Assembly (NCBI GenBank): GCA_965645245.1
Contig: OZ287068.1
Span: 2,294,001 to 2,358,000, forward strand
DNA: 64,000 nucleotides
Direction: 5' to 3'
Source of the DNA: Massalongia carnosa
Taxonomy: Eukaryota
In this document: one piece after another, positions 38,303 to 49,988 of the stretch
Layout: each line of letters starts with the position of its first letter
Position numbering within the stretch: position 1 is the stretch's first letter
Made by a program: the position numbers and the translations under genes
The notes under the pieces: model-generated
What the model was told of the DNA's origin: nothing
Seen by the model: the letters and a program-made list of their open reading frames with translations, nothing else
The model's database searches: none

Positions 38303-41300
38303 GGTTAGCCTCTGCGGGGCCTTTAGACGTTAGAGGGGGAAGGGCAGGGTGGCGGTGGTTAGAAGGTGTGAACGACTACACGATCCGAGGGAAACGAACG
38401 CGCCGCTCTTGACGAGCGCCTGCGGACGCAACGACGCGAGGACGAGAAAAAGCGATAAGTGGAAAGGTAATCGCTTCTTCCGGGCTCTGTCATAATTATT
38501 GTACATACTCATATTTTCATCTCCAACAATAACCAGGGTGCGCTGGTCGTCTTTCTTGCGCAAAACCTCCCGTCAGGGCCGTAGCTTCCTTTTTTTCCGA
38601 GCTTCTCCGTGAATACGAAGGACGCGTTAGCGGTTACACTTGATGCGAGCGAGCAGGGGTTGTGGATGTTATGAGATGGGCTTGTGCTGTCGATGAGTGT
38701 GGGGGCGGTGGAGCGCTGTGCATAGGTATCGCACCCATCAAGAATTGAGTTTTTCGCATACAAGGTTGGCGGGGTTGATGAATGCCCCCCTTCGCAGCGG
38801 ACTAATGGATCGATCGATAGATAGGGTTAGCATGCCTTACGGTGTTCGAAGACGGGTGGGTAGTAGGGTAACTCGATAACTCCCGATCATCTTATCTCCC
38901 AATTTCCGGTTTTTTCTCACACGAACACTTCTTCTTTCCCCTTTTTCTTTCACTGTCTCAGTTCTGTTCATCCCTCCTCCTTTGTCTTCTTATTGTTCGT
39001 CTTATTCACCAGTTGAAATGTTAGACGTTGTTAATGATGATTTATCGATCTTTGTTGTTATCATCATCATTATCTTAATTATCAAGTCTTTTTTTTAAAT
39101 AAAAAAGAGAATTTGTTTCTTAGAGGACGACGGAATGAATAAATAAATAATTAGGATAGAGTGATATAGGAGAAAAAGATTTAAGCCAGAAACAGAAGAC
39201 GAGAAAGAGAGGGGTGTGTTTAGGAATTTAGGTAGGTGGTAAGTGAGATGGATAGATGTCCTTGCGCTTGAGGATAGGTATGGTTGATTTGATTTTTTTT
39301 TCTTTTCTTTTCTTGTTTCCGTTAAGCAGGTATCAAGCAGGAAGCATCAAGCCCATCTGTCTCATCAACAACAACATCATCATCAGCAAACAAAAAAACA
39401 GTTCACAACAACTGCAACTAAACGAATGAAAAAAACATCCGTCGTGAACGATTTTCTTCGAAACCCTGAGGCCCAAAGAGCCCCCTTATATTAACTATTT
39501 TCTCAACAATCAACAAAACAGACTTGCCTACATAAAAAACTTTTCTTTAACCCACTCAACAGGCAAAAACATGGGTATCTCGTTTCGTCTTCCATTTCCG
39601 ATTGTCGAGTTCCCCCAGAGAAAAGCGTCCATGATGATAGAATTGCCTGTCGAGGTGATGATGATGATGATGTATTCATACTCCGATATGTCACCGGTCG
39701 TAGGCCGGCCCATGCGGGCAAAGCTATCTAAATTATGTTACATAGAAAACCTTTTTCAAGTGTAAAAACCATATCCCATGATACCTGTCCGATGTGATAC
39801 CGGGTCGACGTCGGACAGGAGACGCAGAGCGAAAATATTGTGAGAACTGTGACGTCATGTGAGATGGAAAGGAAAAGAGAAGTGAAACTACTGTTGATTG
39901 TACAATAGTGTAGATGCCAGTGAGAATTGGGTCAGTAGACCTGTTTTCATTAATCAAGCAGTTAATATCTTTATAGTCTTTGATGTTTCGGTGAAAGTCT
40001 TGAATGACGCTAAAGTTATGTATCTCTATACACGCATTAAACTTTTAGTGTGTAAGCTGCTCGGGACATAGCATGGTGACATGCTCTCTATCCTACAGGC
40101 TGGATTCAGAATACCCCAAGCCTGCAACAGCCTGAACCGAATTAACGTAGCTATAGTACTTGTATGCGCACGCAGCTGCGTATCATTAACTAGCGCAAAT
40201 CAAGGACTTTCGGTGTTTACCTCCGTACAGTACATATCCTCGTAGTAATCTCATTCTCATGCCATCAAAAACATTTTCAACAACCGAACTCGAGAAACCT
40301 CCCAGGCGAACAATCCCCCTAACCAGAACACCAAAGGTGCTGGTTTTCCGATCTTACTTCTTCACGAAAGCGGGGAATGAAAAAAAGAAGCCAGGGTTGC
40401 GGGGCGCTGGGAGAGATCCCGAGAAGCCAGAGATGGAAAATCCGATGCTATTTGTGCTTGGGAGGACTATGTTGTGTTGTTGTTGTGGTTTGCTGCAAGG
40501 TAAGCAGCTATCTAGACTATGGATGATACTTCGGATTGCTTTGTGTTGGGTTATTGGAGTTTGAGCTTGAGTGTGGAAAGGGGGTTTGATGGTAGGGTGG
40601 GGATATTTTTTCTTCTTTTCTTTTCGCTTTTTTCTCTCTCTTTCTTGTGATTAAGGACGTCAAGGCTTTCATCTAATGAATGAGAGCCTCGATAATTAAC
40701 GGTTTTGGACTCGTGTTCTCTATTTGACTGACAAAAGAAATCATGATGCGGTCATAGAGAAAGGGTTTCTCCACTGAGAAAACCTGAAGTGCGGGTAAGC
40801 GTGGTATCAGCAACTCTCAACGACGAACCTGGTAATGTGTCCTATATTCGACAAGAGAATAAAGCTATTTATAGATGAAAATGAAACGAATGATATCTAA
40901 GTACGGAGTACACAGTTTTCTATTTTCACCATTCCAAATAGAGGAATGAAAACAGCGAGGAAACCACAAAAATTCATCTCGATGTTCAGCCTTTGCAAGA
41001 CCTCCGATGAAATTGTTGAAGTGCATATAGGTTGTTTTCTTTTGAAAGAAAGTTAAACCATGCGAATTAGTAAAGACTTCAATGCAAAAAATACCGTCGA
41101 CAAAAAAAAACCTGCGCCATGTTTCAAAGCGCGTGGGAGATATTCCGAGGTGATGCACGGTTGCAAAGAAACCTGCCTTGCCTACCGTCAAATTACCGCT
41201 TCCAACTAGTCTCGGAGTTGCAAAATATCTCATGTAGAGACCGATTCATCCAGAACCCGATGAATGGGGGTTTTTCGTGTCGGACTGTTATGGTCGCAAA

Positions 41301-41487
41301 AAGTTGGGTTGTGAAATGTGCCTTACAGTCTACAAAGGCTGAGCGACCACATGTTTCGGTCGCGGCTTAGTGCTCGGAGGTTTCAAGGCGGCTCGATATT
41401 TCATAAAAACGGAACTTAGCAATATAAAGGCTGACCTGCTACCAAGAATTCCATTCAGTCCAATCTCGAAAACTCGACGTCGGCGAT

Positions 41488-42205
41488 ATGCGGCTCGAGG
41501 CTTTTCTTTCCTTCGTTTTCCTATTGAAAATAATTGCGAGTCCACTTCCGGCGGAGTCGCAACACCGAGACGTTACGGCGAATCGTCTCCTAGGACTTCG
41601 TTCCCCCAGAGATGAGGCCATGAGCGTAAATCTATTGACACCCGAACCAGGCAGTATAGTCGGTACTGGATATCCTGCGTACAACGAGATAAATGGACCT
41701 AGCCGTGATGGTGATATCTCCTTCGCTCCATCGGAAAGCTTCGCCCATGGAAACCAGCAAGGAACCGCAAACTTCATCGCAACCACATTCTCTCACCGGA
41801 CGAGCGACCCTAGTAATATTTTATTTGGCAGCCCTGCATGCGGGGACAAGGAAGCTTTCTGTTGCCCGGGGGCACCTTTAACGAACGACATGGAGGGAAA
41901 CAGCTGCACAGAGCGTAAGAGCTACCTCTAATGTCTCATCATGCATTCCCTGAAACTCTTCTAAATAGTGACCTATTTGGATTTTTTCGAAAAGACGTCG
42001 CCAACTTGCTCATCAGACCACCTATTCTGTTGTCACAAAGACATAGGCGTAAGTTTTTCCATTTAAGCCAATGATACTACCGGATTGGCCTCGATTCGTC
42101 GTCTAATTAACATTATATGTCGCCCAGCTTGTCGGACTCTTGGCACAAACATGCCATGTGGCTCCTCCCTATGATCCACTTTCGGTCGGGCCTTTATGGA
42201 ATTAG
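41488..42205 (+). CDS. Secreted protein with C-terminal 8-Cys hydrophobin-pattern domain; introns 41915-41968 and 42049-42127
   Basis: Signal MRLEAFLSFVFLLKIIASP; the spliced product has C-X6-CC-X13-C-X15-C-X6-CC-X13-C. Confidence 0.78.
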
Positions 42206-45205
42206 GTAATCAACTCTTGTAAAAGAGATGACGCTGGGTATGGATTCAACAGTGTCAAAAGTCTTTGGCCTCCCAAAAACAAGGGAGATGATCAGATGCT
42301 CCAAAATACCAGTTTTGCTGAAATGTGGGTGGCTTCATTATATGGCTAAAATATATAAGTACTATTTTTGAACGAGAACGCTGCTGCTTCGCTGGCACTA
42401 AGTTATGTTGAGGGCCCCTCCTATAGCGGCCTTTTCCTGGCAGCACTGAAGAGCATTATCTCAATTTATACGATTTATTGAAGTGAGTGAATGAAAGAAG
42501 GGTTTCTCAATACTAAACTTCGAATTAATGATGATAAGGAGAAGAGTGTTAGAAGGCCGCCTCTATATCTCTCGTTCTCCTCTTTTTGTTCAAATATTTG
42601 GCCCCTCCCCCTATTGATCAATTCAAGCCCTCTTTCCTTATTTATTCTTTTTGCGAAAGCATCCTTAATGGTCATTGATGAATTCTGTCACGGAACTCGA
42701 AGAATGCATAAACCTGTTACTGAAAATTAATCTTTAATAAAAAAAATCGGTTTCGATGATGGAATGTCCAGTCGACGGCAAAGTAAATCAAAACATCCCA
42801 TGCTTTATACGACGAAATCGCTAGAAAGGTCGAATCAAGACCTCACAGTTGTTGTGGTCTCATTTGAAACATGGACAGATACTAAGTGCTGATACACAAA
42901 TTCTCAAAAATCTAGAGATTAAATCTCGCTCTTCTTCAAAACCGTTCGTTCTTCAAGGATTCGCTTTGGTGGTGCTGGACGACAAATTTGTTATCATCGT
43001 GTCATCTATTATCGCTGGATCTGTGATTTACTGAGAAAGAAAGCGCCCTATAAAGCGGAATAGGAAACTGAATCAAATTATTACCTTACAGGAAGCGTAG
43101 GGATCGCTGGCGTTGACAAATTATGTAAAGTAAGAGTTATTGTCTAGAAATCGGTAAGAGGGATATCAGTCTCTTACAGCCTGCATGCATATGTACATCG
43201 CCGGTTAAACTTATATTACTGGACATTGGCACCTCCCAGAGTCTGCCAGTCAGCGCACTTTTGTCAACGGCGTATTATTCTGAGCTTCTGTACTGCTGTA
43301 CCCTAAAAGTACAGCATTCCCCGTTGTGCTTCTTTCAGTACAGGATCGTTGGGTCAGCTTGCATTGTTGATATGCTCTGCCTTCAAATATCCCTGCCATA
43401 GGTGCGCTCGAGAAAAGTGGAAAAGACTGCCCGTTATAGAGAAGCTTTACGTTACTAGAATCTTTGGGTGAATAGAGCCGAAGGCCCTGGCACATCATCT
43501 TATAATCTAGTTGGACCTTTCTTAGTGCCGCTTATGGAGTACGGGTGGGAAGAAGCCCTGATTAGCTTCCAGCAAGTCACTGAGTCAAAAGAAGGCCTTC
43601 GAAAATGATATTAGAAGGCATGTGATCTCATAGTTTTCAATCTATCCTACAGGCGATATCAGGGCGCTTGGCACTTGATAGACTCGCGTATCCGCTGAGA
43701 GCATAATTCTTTGCTACTCAGGATGAAATTAGGCAAAGTCAAGGAATCGAAGCTCGAGACCTATCTTTAAGAGCATGATATGCTAAGTATGCCTTGGTCA
43801 TTGAACGGGGAAACAAGTCTCTCATAACAGCGCTGACCACCTCACCGGCAGAATCCCATCGTGCAATAGTTCTTCTCGCTCGCTCGCTCGCTCGCTAACT
43901 TTGTAAACCTCAATGCTTTACCAGTGGTCAACTCTGGTAATTGAGCAATTAACGAATGACTAGAGAACCTAGTGGCATCGGCGAGGAGAGGACATCATCG
44001 TGCAGAGCTTGTCTCCTTGTTGCAAAGCCATGCTTGAGGCAACTCCTGTACGCGGAATCTCGAGACCTTTGAGAACCCTTTACACGGACCTCGAGATCTC
44101 TGCTTATCTATAAATGCGCGGTTAGAGCTTTCACGTGCTGGCTTCAGCTCCGGCTTCGGTTATGTTATGTCTGTGTTGCTGGTTCTATGACTGGCTCTAC
44201 AGAATCCTGCTTCCCTTTCGGACTACTCACTGTTAACAATGTAGATTTGGTTCATTCAATCAAGCTCGCCGTAAGAGAGATCAGAGATGTGTCTTCTGAG
44301 CGGTGATCAATCCTTTAATGTCTATTTCTTCAGTATGCTGTATAGCGAGAATCCAGCATACCCTTCGAGTGACGTTTTTTCCCTTGATGGCATGTTTCGA
44401 TATGGGTTTTCCCATTAGACTTCTCGCTCGATGTAAATGCATAATAATCTGTTTCCGGTTTAGTCAACGTATTCTTCTCCCCATCGAAGCTGCGAGATGA
44501 TCCCTCTTGTTTAATTCCAAGTTTTCTATCATCGACGGAGTCCCTAGCTAGGGAAGGCGAATCATTATGGATCGGTGAATGCGCGATGAATAAACATGTT
44601 TTTCTAATGTCATGACTGTGTCTCACTTGTCTGATTATACACACAAAAGAAAAGTCTTTAAAACCCCAGTCTTTCTTATCTGCTGATTTCCATCTATCGG
44701 TTTGATCGGCGATACACTAAACGACTCCCGCAATCTCGAGTCCAATATCCTCTAATGAGATAGATATCCTGACGGTATGTGTCATAATTACCAATAGCGA
44801 AAACAACATAATATTTGCTCCCGTTGTTGAGAAAGACAAGGGCCATTATAATATATAATCCGAACAGCTACACCATAAGTAAATTCGCTGTAAGAAGCTC
44901 GTCACCTGACTTTTCGTGCAAATAAATAAATTCCAGCTCGATCTCTCGCGAATAAAAGTCGCGCTAGTTTACTTGATCGGAAAACGTAAACTCGAATCCT
45001 TTTCTTTCCTGTTCATAATCGAAAATCACAAATAGACAGATGTGCAGGACATCAAGATAGCAAACAATTTCAATGATTCTACGTTAACTTAAGTCAGTAG
45101 CAAAGCCTCACCAGATTAACTAGTTAACTAGCGGCCGCTTAACCATGCGAAACCCGAAGTAATCGTGTCAAGAAACTAGTAAAGTTAATCGAAGCGAGTC
45201 GCCTA

Positions 45206-47066
45206 CTAGTGTCCGACACCTCAGTGACGCATACAGCTCAGTGACGCACTTTTCCCATTTTACCTACCACTCTTCACCACGTAATCACTCCACCAAATCA
45301 TGTCCAGTTTATCTTTCAGTAAGGAGAATCGAATTCTTGAAGCTATTGACGCGTGGGACACGGGTGATTTTCGAAGTGTGCGCGCGGTAGCTTTGGAGTA
45401 CGACGTGGACATTCGTACTCTACAGAGAAGACTTAATGGAGGTGGTTCGAAAATCGGTCGTTCTGCCCCCAACAAAGCTTTGTCTGATGAACAAGAATTA
45501 GCTCTTTGTGAATATATTAAAATGCTCGATCAAGCCGAACAATCTGCCAGACTTCCAATGATTCGGGCGGCAGCAAATTATCTACTTCAAGAGGCTCATT
45601 CAGACGTTTTCACTCCTTCTCCTCACGTCAGCAATGCCTGGACCAAACGTTTTCTGACTCGACATCCTCAATTCTTCAAACGCAAACAAAAACCACTAGC
45701 CGTCGAGCAAAAACATGCGCACAACGTCGATGATATATTGGAATATTTCGAGACATATCGGGCTGCTCGCGAGGCTCTTGGAGTAGCGGATGAGGATATT
45801 TGGAACATGGACGAGACAGGCTTTCGAATTGGCTTTGGGCGAGCTCATTGGGTTGTTTCAACTCATTCTAGAAAGTCTTTGCTGTTGACGGACTCGGACA
45901 ATAGAGAATATATCACCTCGTGTGAATGTATTAGTGCAGGGGGGCGTGATATTCCCCTCATGATCATAATCGCTGGTGCATGGGTGCTGGAGAAATGGGC
46001 CCAACACAATGACTTGGATGATGATATTCTCCTGACCACCAGTCCTACCGGCTATTCCAATGATGATTTAGCTCTCGATTGGTTGAAACATTTCGACAAA
46101 CACAGTCGAAAGGGGCAGGTAGGTGCATGGCGCATGCTCATCATGGATGGATATGGATATCATACGACATTCGAGTTTTTTACCTATGCCAAACGAAACA
46201 AAATCGAATTGTTTCGTCTTCCACCTCATTCCACACATCTCACTCAGCCATTGGATGTAGGATGTTTTCAGCCTTTCAAACATTATCATTCCGAAGCCAT
46301 TGCTCAACTGATGCGGGGTGGAGGGTCTGATTTCGATAAACTCGACTTTCTGTCGATTTTTCAGAACATGCGAAATCAAACATTCACGTCAACTACCATA
46401 CTAGCTTCATTCAGAAACACGGGTCTGGTGCCTTATAATCCAGAAGTGGTACTCCGCAAAGTGGAGGCTATTCAGACCCGTAGGCCTGCTACCCCGCCCC
46501 CACTTCCATCAGCTCCATTGCTCGCCAGAACACCTTCCACAGCCAAAGAAGTTGTTGAATATGGAAATAAGCTTCGGAAAAGCCTGAAGAAGTACAATGT
46601 TTTGAATGCCGAGTGGGACTGTCATGTGGAACGATTTGTGAAAGGCTCCATCTCCAGTGCTCATGCACGTCAGATTTCAGAGCGAGACCTTCGGGCCAAT
46701 CAGATGCTGTCCATCGCGAAGACAGCACGACGAAAACTTGATGGAAAGGTGGCCCAGAAGGGAGGAGTCATAACCGTACGAGATGTACGGGCGAAGGTTA
46801 AAAAACGCACTCAGAATGAGGTGGAAAAGACCAAGCAGGCCTATGAACGTGCCGTACTAGCTGCTGAAAAGAAGCAATTGGCCCTGGATCGAAAGTATAG
46901 AGCAATCGCTCGATCTATGCCCAGGCAAGCAAAGCTGTTTTACCAGCGTCATAGTCAATTAAATTTTACATAACCATTGTTGTCCACAAATTGTATGTAA
47001 AATAGTAGGTAAAATGGGAAAAGTGCGTCACTGAGCTGTATGCGTCACCGAGGTGTCGGACACTAG
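45206..47066 (+). mobile_element. Fot1/pogo transposon with intact transposase; ~60-bp core TIRs flanked by TA; inverted repeat extends outward to 45162/47104
   Basis: TA-CTAGTGTCCGACACCTC(A/G)GTGACGCATACAGCTCAGTGACGCACTTTTCCCATTTTACCTAC at both ends. Confidence 0.92.
45300..46973 (+). CDS. Fot1/pogo transposase (HTH + DDE_1), 557 aa, uninterrupted
   Basis: Catalytic motifs WNMDETG, IMDGYGYH and QPLDVG in a single ORF. Confidence 0.93.
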   Translation: MSSLSFSKENRILEAIDAWDTGDFRSVRAVALEYDVDIRTLQRRLNGGGSKIGRSAPNKALSDEQELALCEYIKMLDQAEQSARLPMIRAAANYLLQEAHSDVFTPSPHVSNAWTKRFLTRHPQFFKRKQKPLAVEQKHAHNVDDILEYFETYRAAREALGVADEDIWNMDETGFRIGFGRAHWVVSTHSRKSLLLTDSDNREYITSCECISAGGRDIPLMIIIAGAWVLEKWAQHNDLDDDILLTTSPTGYSNDDLALDWLKHFDKHSRKGQVGAWRMLIMDGYGYHTTFEFFTYAKRNKIELFRLPPHSTHLTQPLDVGCFQPFKHYHSEAIAQLMRGGGSDFDKLDFLSIFQNMRNQTFTSTTILASFRNTGLVPYNPEVVLRKVEAIQTRRPATPPPLPSAPLLARTPSTAKEVVEYGNKLRKSLKKYNVLNAEWDCHVERFVKGSISSAHARQISERDLRANQMLSIAKTARRKLDGKVAQKGGVITVRDVRAKVKKRTQNEVEKTKQAYERAVLAAEKKQLALDRKYRAIARSMPRQAKLFYQRHSQLNFT

Positions 47067-47111
47067 TAGGCAACTCGCTTCGATTACTAGTTTCTTGACA
47101 CGATTAACTAG

Positions 47112-48397
47112 CACGCGGCTGACAAAAAAACCGGGACACCAAAATTTTCACCCCACCAGAATCTACCCCTTATTTTCACTTTGCTACGTACAGTTACCAT
47201 GCAATCAAATCAATAATCAATAACCAGTCATCTTGCCTTCACCTCGAATCACCGCCTCTAGTCGATCGGGCATACTAGCTACTTTCTCATTGATAAAACC
47301 CTGAGAAATGTGGCACCAACCCTCATAAATCAGCCCTTTTGTGGTCTCATCGTCCCAATGGGGATATTTGTAGAGCTCCTGCTTGACCGGCTGCCAGCAA
47401 TTTTCAATGGGCGATAAAGCAGGAGATGAAGGGCAGTTAAAATAATGTTCGAGCCCATGTTCCTCCTTCCAAGTGCGTACGATGTTTGATTTGCCTGGCC
47501 CATGCCCTGAATCACCATCTTCCTCCAACACGAAATTATGCCCTTGATCAAGCCACGGTTTGACTATAGGATCTAAAATTTGATAAATATAAACCCGTTG
47601 ACTCATTTTTCCATTCTTATTGCCCGAGACGTCGTAAAAATGAATGAAAGACTTGAAATCGTGCCCTGCGGCCGCCCAACAATGATGCCTTTTTTTATTC
47701 TTCTCATCCGGCATGTGCTCCTCTTGTATGCAATCTTGACAATATCGTTGGCCCGGCTTGCGAATGATTCGTAGCTTGCCTTGTGAACCCCATCCAAAAT
47801 GAACTTCATCACTAAATCTGACTCGATACCAGTCCTCCTTTTCAGGATATTTATTCAACATGAATGTGGCCCATTCAACTCTTTAAGCTGCTGTTCGCTC
47901 ATTGACCCAGCCCTTCTTACAAGATACGCACTTATGATAATCCATTGTCCCCATTGCTCTTTGTATCGTACGGCCACTGCAATCCAGCCCAACTTCGTAG
48001 CCTAGCTGCTGCCACGTTAAAGAGCGAGCTTCAATGCCTTCTTCTTCTAAAATTTGTTCCATCTCTCGAATTTTGACGGAAGAAATCTGGGATTTTCTTC
48101 CTCTAGTCTCCTTGTGATCAGGATTATTGTGTAGTTGGCGAGAAGAATAGTCCTCATTTCGAAGCATTTCATAGCTACGTGTGCGACTAACGTTGAATGT
48201 TCGAAAAACATCCTCCTTATAGTACGGTAATTTCATACGATCGGCGAAATGAACCGCTGCCCGAACTGATGCCTTGGTGGGAATAGAATAATGAGCTAAT
48301 AGAGCTCGAGTTTCAATGTTTGGAGTATGTGGGCGTGAGTCATCCATGATTGAGATGTTGAGAATTTTGGTGTCCCGGTTTTTTTGTCAGCCGCGTG
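47112..48397 (-). mobile_element. Tc1/IS630-like transposon (DD37E); 39-bp TIRs starting CACGCGG; 5-bp TSD ACTAG; ORF 48347-47217 with one in-frame TAA at 47883
   Basis: TIR CACGCGGCTGACAAAAAAACCGGGACACCAAAATT; ACTAG at 47107-47111 and 48398-48402; motifs [16 protein letters not shown] and SPALSPIENCW. Confidence 0.92.
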
Positions 48398-48582
48398 ACT
48401 AGTTACTCTGAGATCTCGAGGCGATGCTAAGATAACTTTTCCTATGCTCTACTCTGCACAACAGCCGACGAAAGTCATATTCGTGTCGTCCAGAAACTGA
48501 TTCGTTTTCTGTTCGGGTTAGCGACACATAACTAACATTAGCTGCGATAGTCATGTTGGTGAGGATGATAGTAAATATTACA

Positions 48583-48654
48583 GGCCTGCTAGGTCAGAAA
48601 CTTCTATGTGGTGCAGGCTATCAACACCTCCTCGGAGGTGGCCAATATCTGATC
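48583..48654 (+). ncRNA. HDV-like self-cleaving ribozyme fold (predicted), copy 1
   Basis: P1 GGCCUGC/GCAGGCU, P2 GGUCAGA/UCUGAUC, P3 ACU/GGU, L3 UCUAUGU, P4 CACCUC-CUCG-GAGGUG, J4/2 GCCAA. Confidence 0.72.
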
Positions 48655-48735
48655 ATCGCCAACGCTGAAGCCCACCTCGGTGGCCGTTTGAATGATCAAC
48701 GTCTCTACTGATCATTCACCACTTCGAAGGCATAC

Positions 48736-48938
48736 AAAGCCCATTCATTCGGAATGGCCACACCCCTCAGGCGGAAGCCTTTCACCTCATCGAAAAAGCC
48801 CATTTAATCGAAATGGCCACACCCCCCAGGCGGAAGTCTTTCACCTCATCGAAAAAGTCCATTCAGTCGGAATGGCCACACCCCCAGGCGGAAGCCTCTC
48901 ACCTCATCGAAAAAGCCCATTCATTCAAAATGGCCACA
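48736..48938 (+). repeat. ~59-bp tandem repeat (3 full + 1 partial) inside retroelement copy 1
   Basis: AAAGCCCATTCATTCGGAATGGCCACACCCC.CAGGCGGAAGCCTTTCACCTCATCGAA units start at ~48736, 48795, 48854 and 48912. Confidence 0.9.
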
Positions 48939-49988
48939 TTTTCACATCTTCATTTATACGACACCACGATCTGCCCTCGATCATGGCCAGTCTATCATCT
49001 ATTGAGTCAAAACGGTTAAAGAGAGAGAATGTTCGTCGAATGTGTAGAGATACACTGTCTAGTTCATCGGGTCTATAGGATTCCTAGCGCTTGAAGATCT
49101 AGGTGTATGCACTGCGTGGTAGAAGAACGATCTCGTTGCGTTCAATATGGAATAGGAGTGGTTTTACCCTAGGGGCCAGGTTTCCACTTCCTGACTGTTG
49201 TTTATGTACATAAATAGCAGTCACAGCGTCATATCCTAAGGATGCATACGCTTAATGAATAAATAAATAAAATAAAGTAAATATTGCTGTGACCCTTTAA
49301 AATATTTCAGAGTACTCCGTAACGCGGGTGTGAATGAAGCGATTTTTGAATTGGTCATACATAGCTCCCTACCGACTCTGCGCTAACCTGGAAAGAGAAT
49401 TCTGTCCTATCTACTGGGGTTCACTCCATGCACCCCACGCACCACTTCCTGATCTCACCTCGCTTTGCATGGACTTTTCATCTCGTCTTCATTTTCCGTC
49501 TCAACTTGCTGCGCTTGCCTAGCTTGTCTCATCCGTCATACAAGCACTTTGCATGTAGCATCAATGTCTGCTGATGAGACCACACGTTTCTTTTCCGTTT
49601 CTGCTGCATCACCAGCTACACATGCACTAGCTGCGTCAGCTGCGTCAGATGCGTTGGGCCATTGTCTTGTGGGCTGGGCTTCCATCTCTTGCGTCGGCCT
49701 GCATCTCATCTAGTCTCGACTGTAATTACTCCGGACCCCTTAGCCTTTCCGTTTGATATACCCGTTCACGCTTTCATTTGTCATAGCATCGTTCATTGGA
49801 GAAATAATGCCTTCGCCGGAAAGGAAAAGGAATGTGCCGATTCGTTATTTCGATAGTTCTGATCCATTGCGTTCCACGAGGGAGCTCTAAGGACTGACTT
49901 GATCCAGAGGGTTCCTTGGCCAGCGTCCATTTCTCCTTTCACAAACCCCAGGGTGCAAAATCCCCCTCGAAAGTAACTTCGATACTAG

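Larger units (their letters stand above)
48580..49275 (+). mobile_element. Short non-autonomous non-LTR retroelement (SINE/SIDE-like), copy 1; TSD AGTAAATATT
   Basis: Homologous to 57507-58021; (TAAA)n tail; TSD at 48570-48579 and 49276-49285. Confidence 0.85.

Noticed and set aside
47112..47135. TIR CACGCGG-CTG-ACAAAAAAACC resembles a V(D)J RSS heptamer/nonamer, suggesting Transib/RAG kinship
   Set aside because: The spacer is 3 bp, not 12 or 23, and the transposase motifs are Tc1-like; the resemblance is treated as superficial.
48736..48938. Hammerhead ribozyme in the 59-bp repeats (minus strand CGATGAG..GAAA)
   Set aside because: No CUGANGA core and no stem II.
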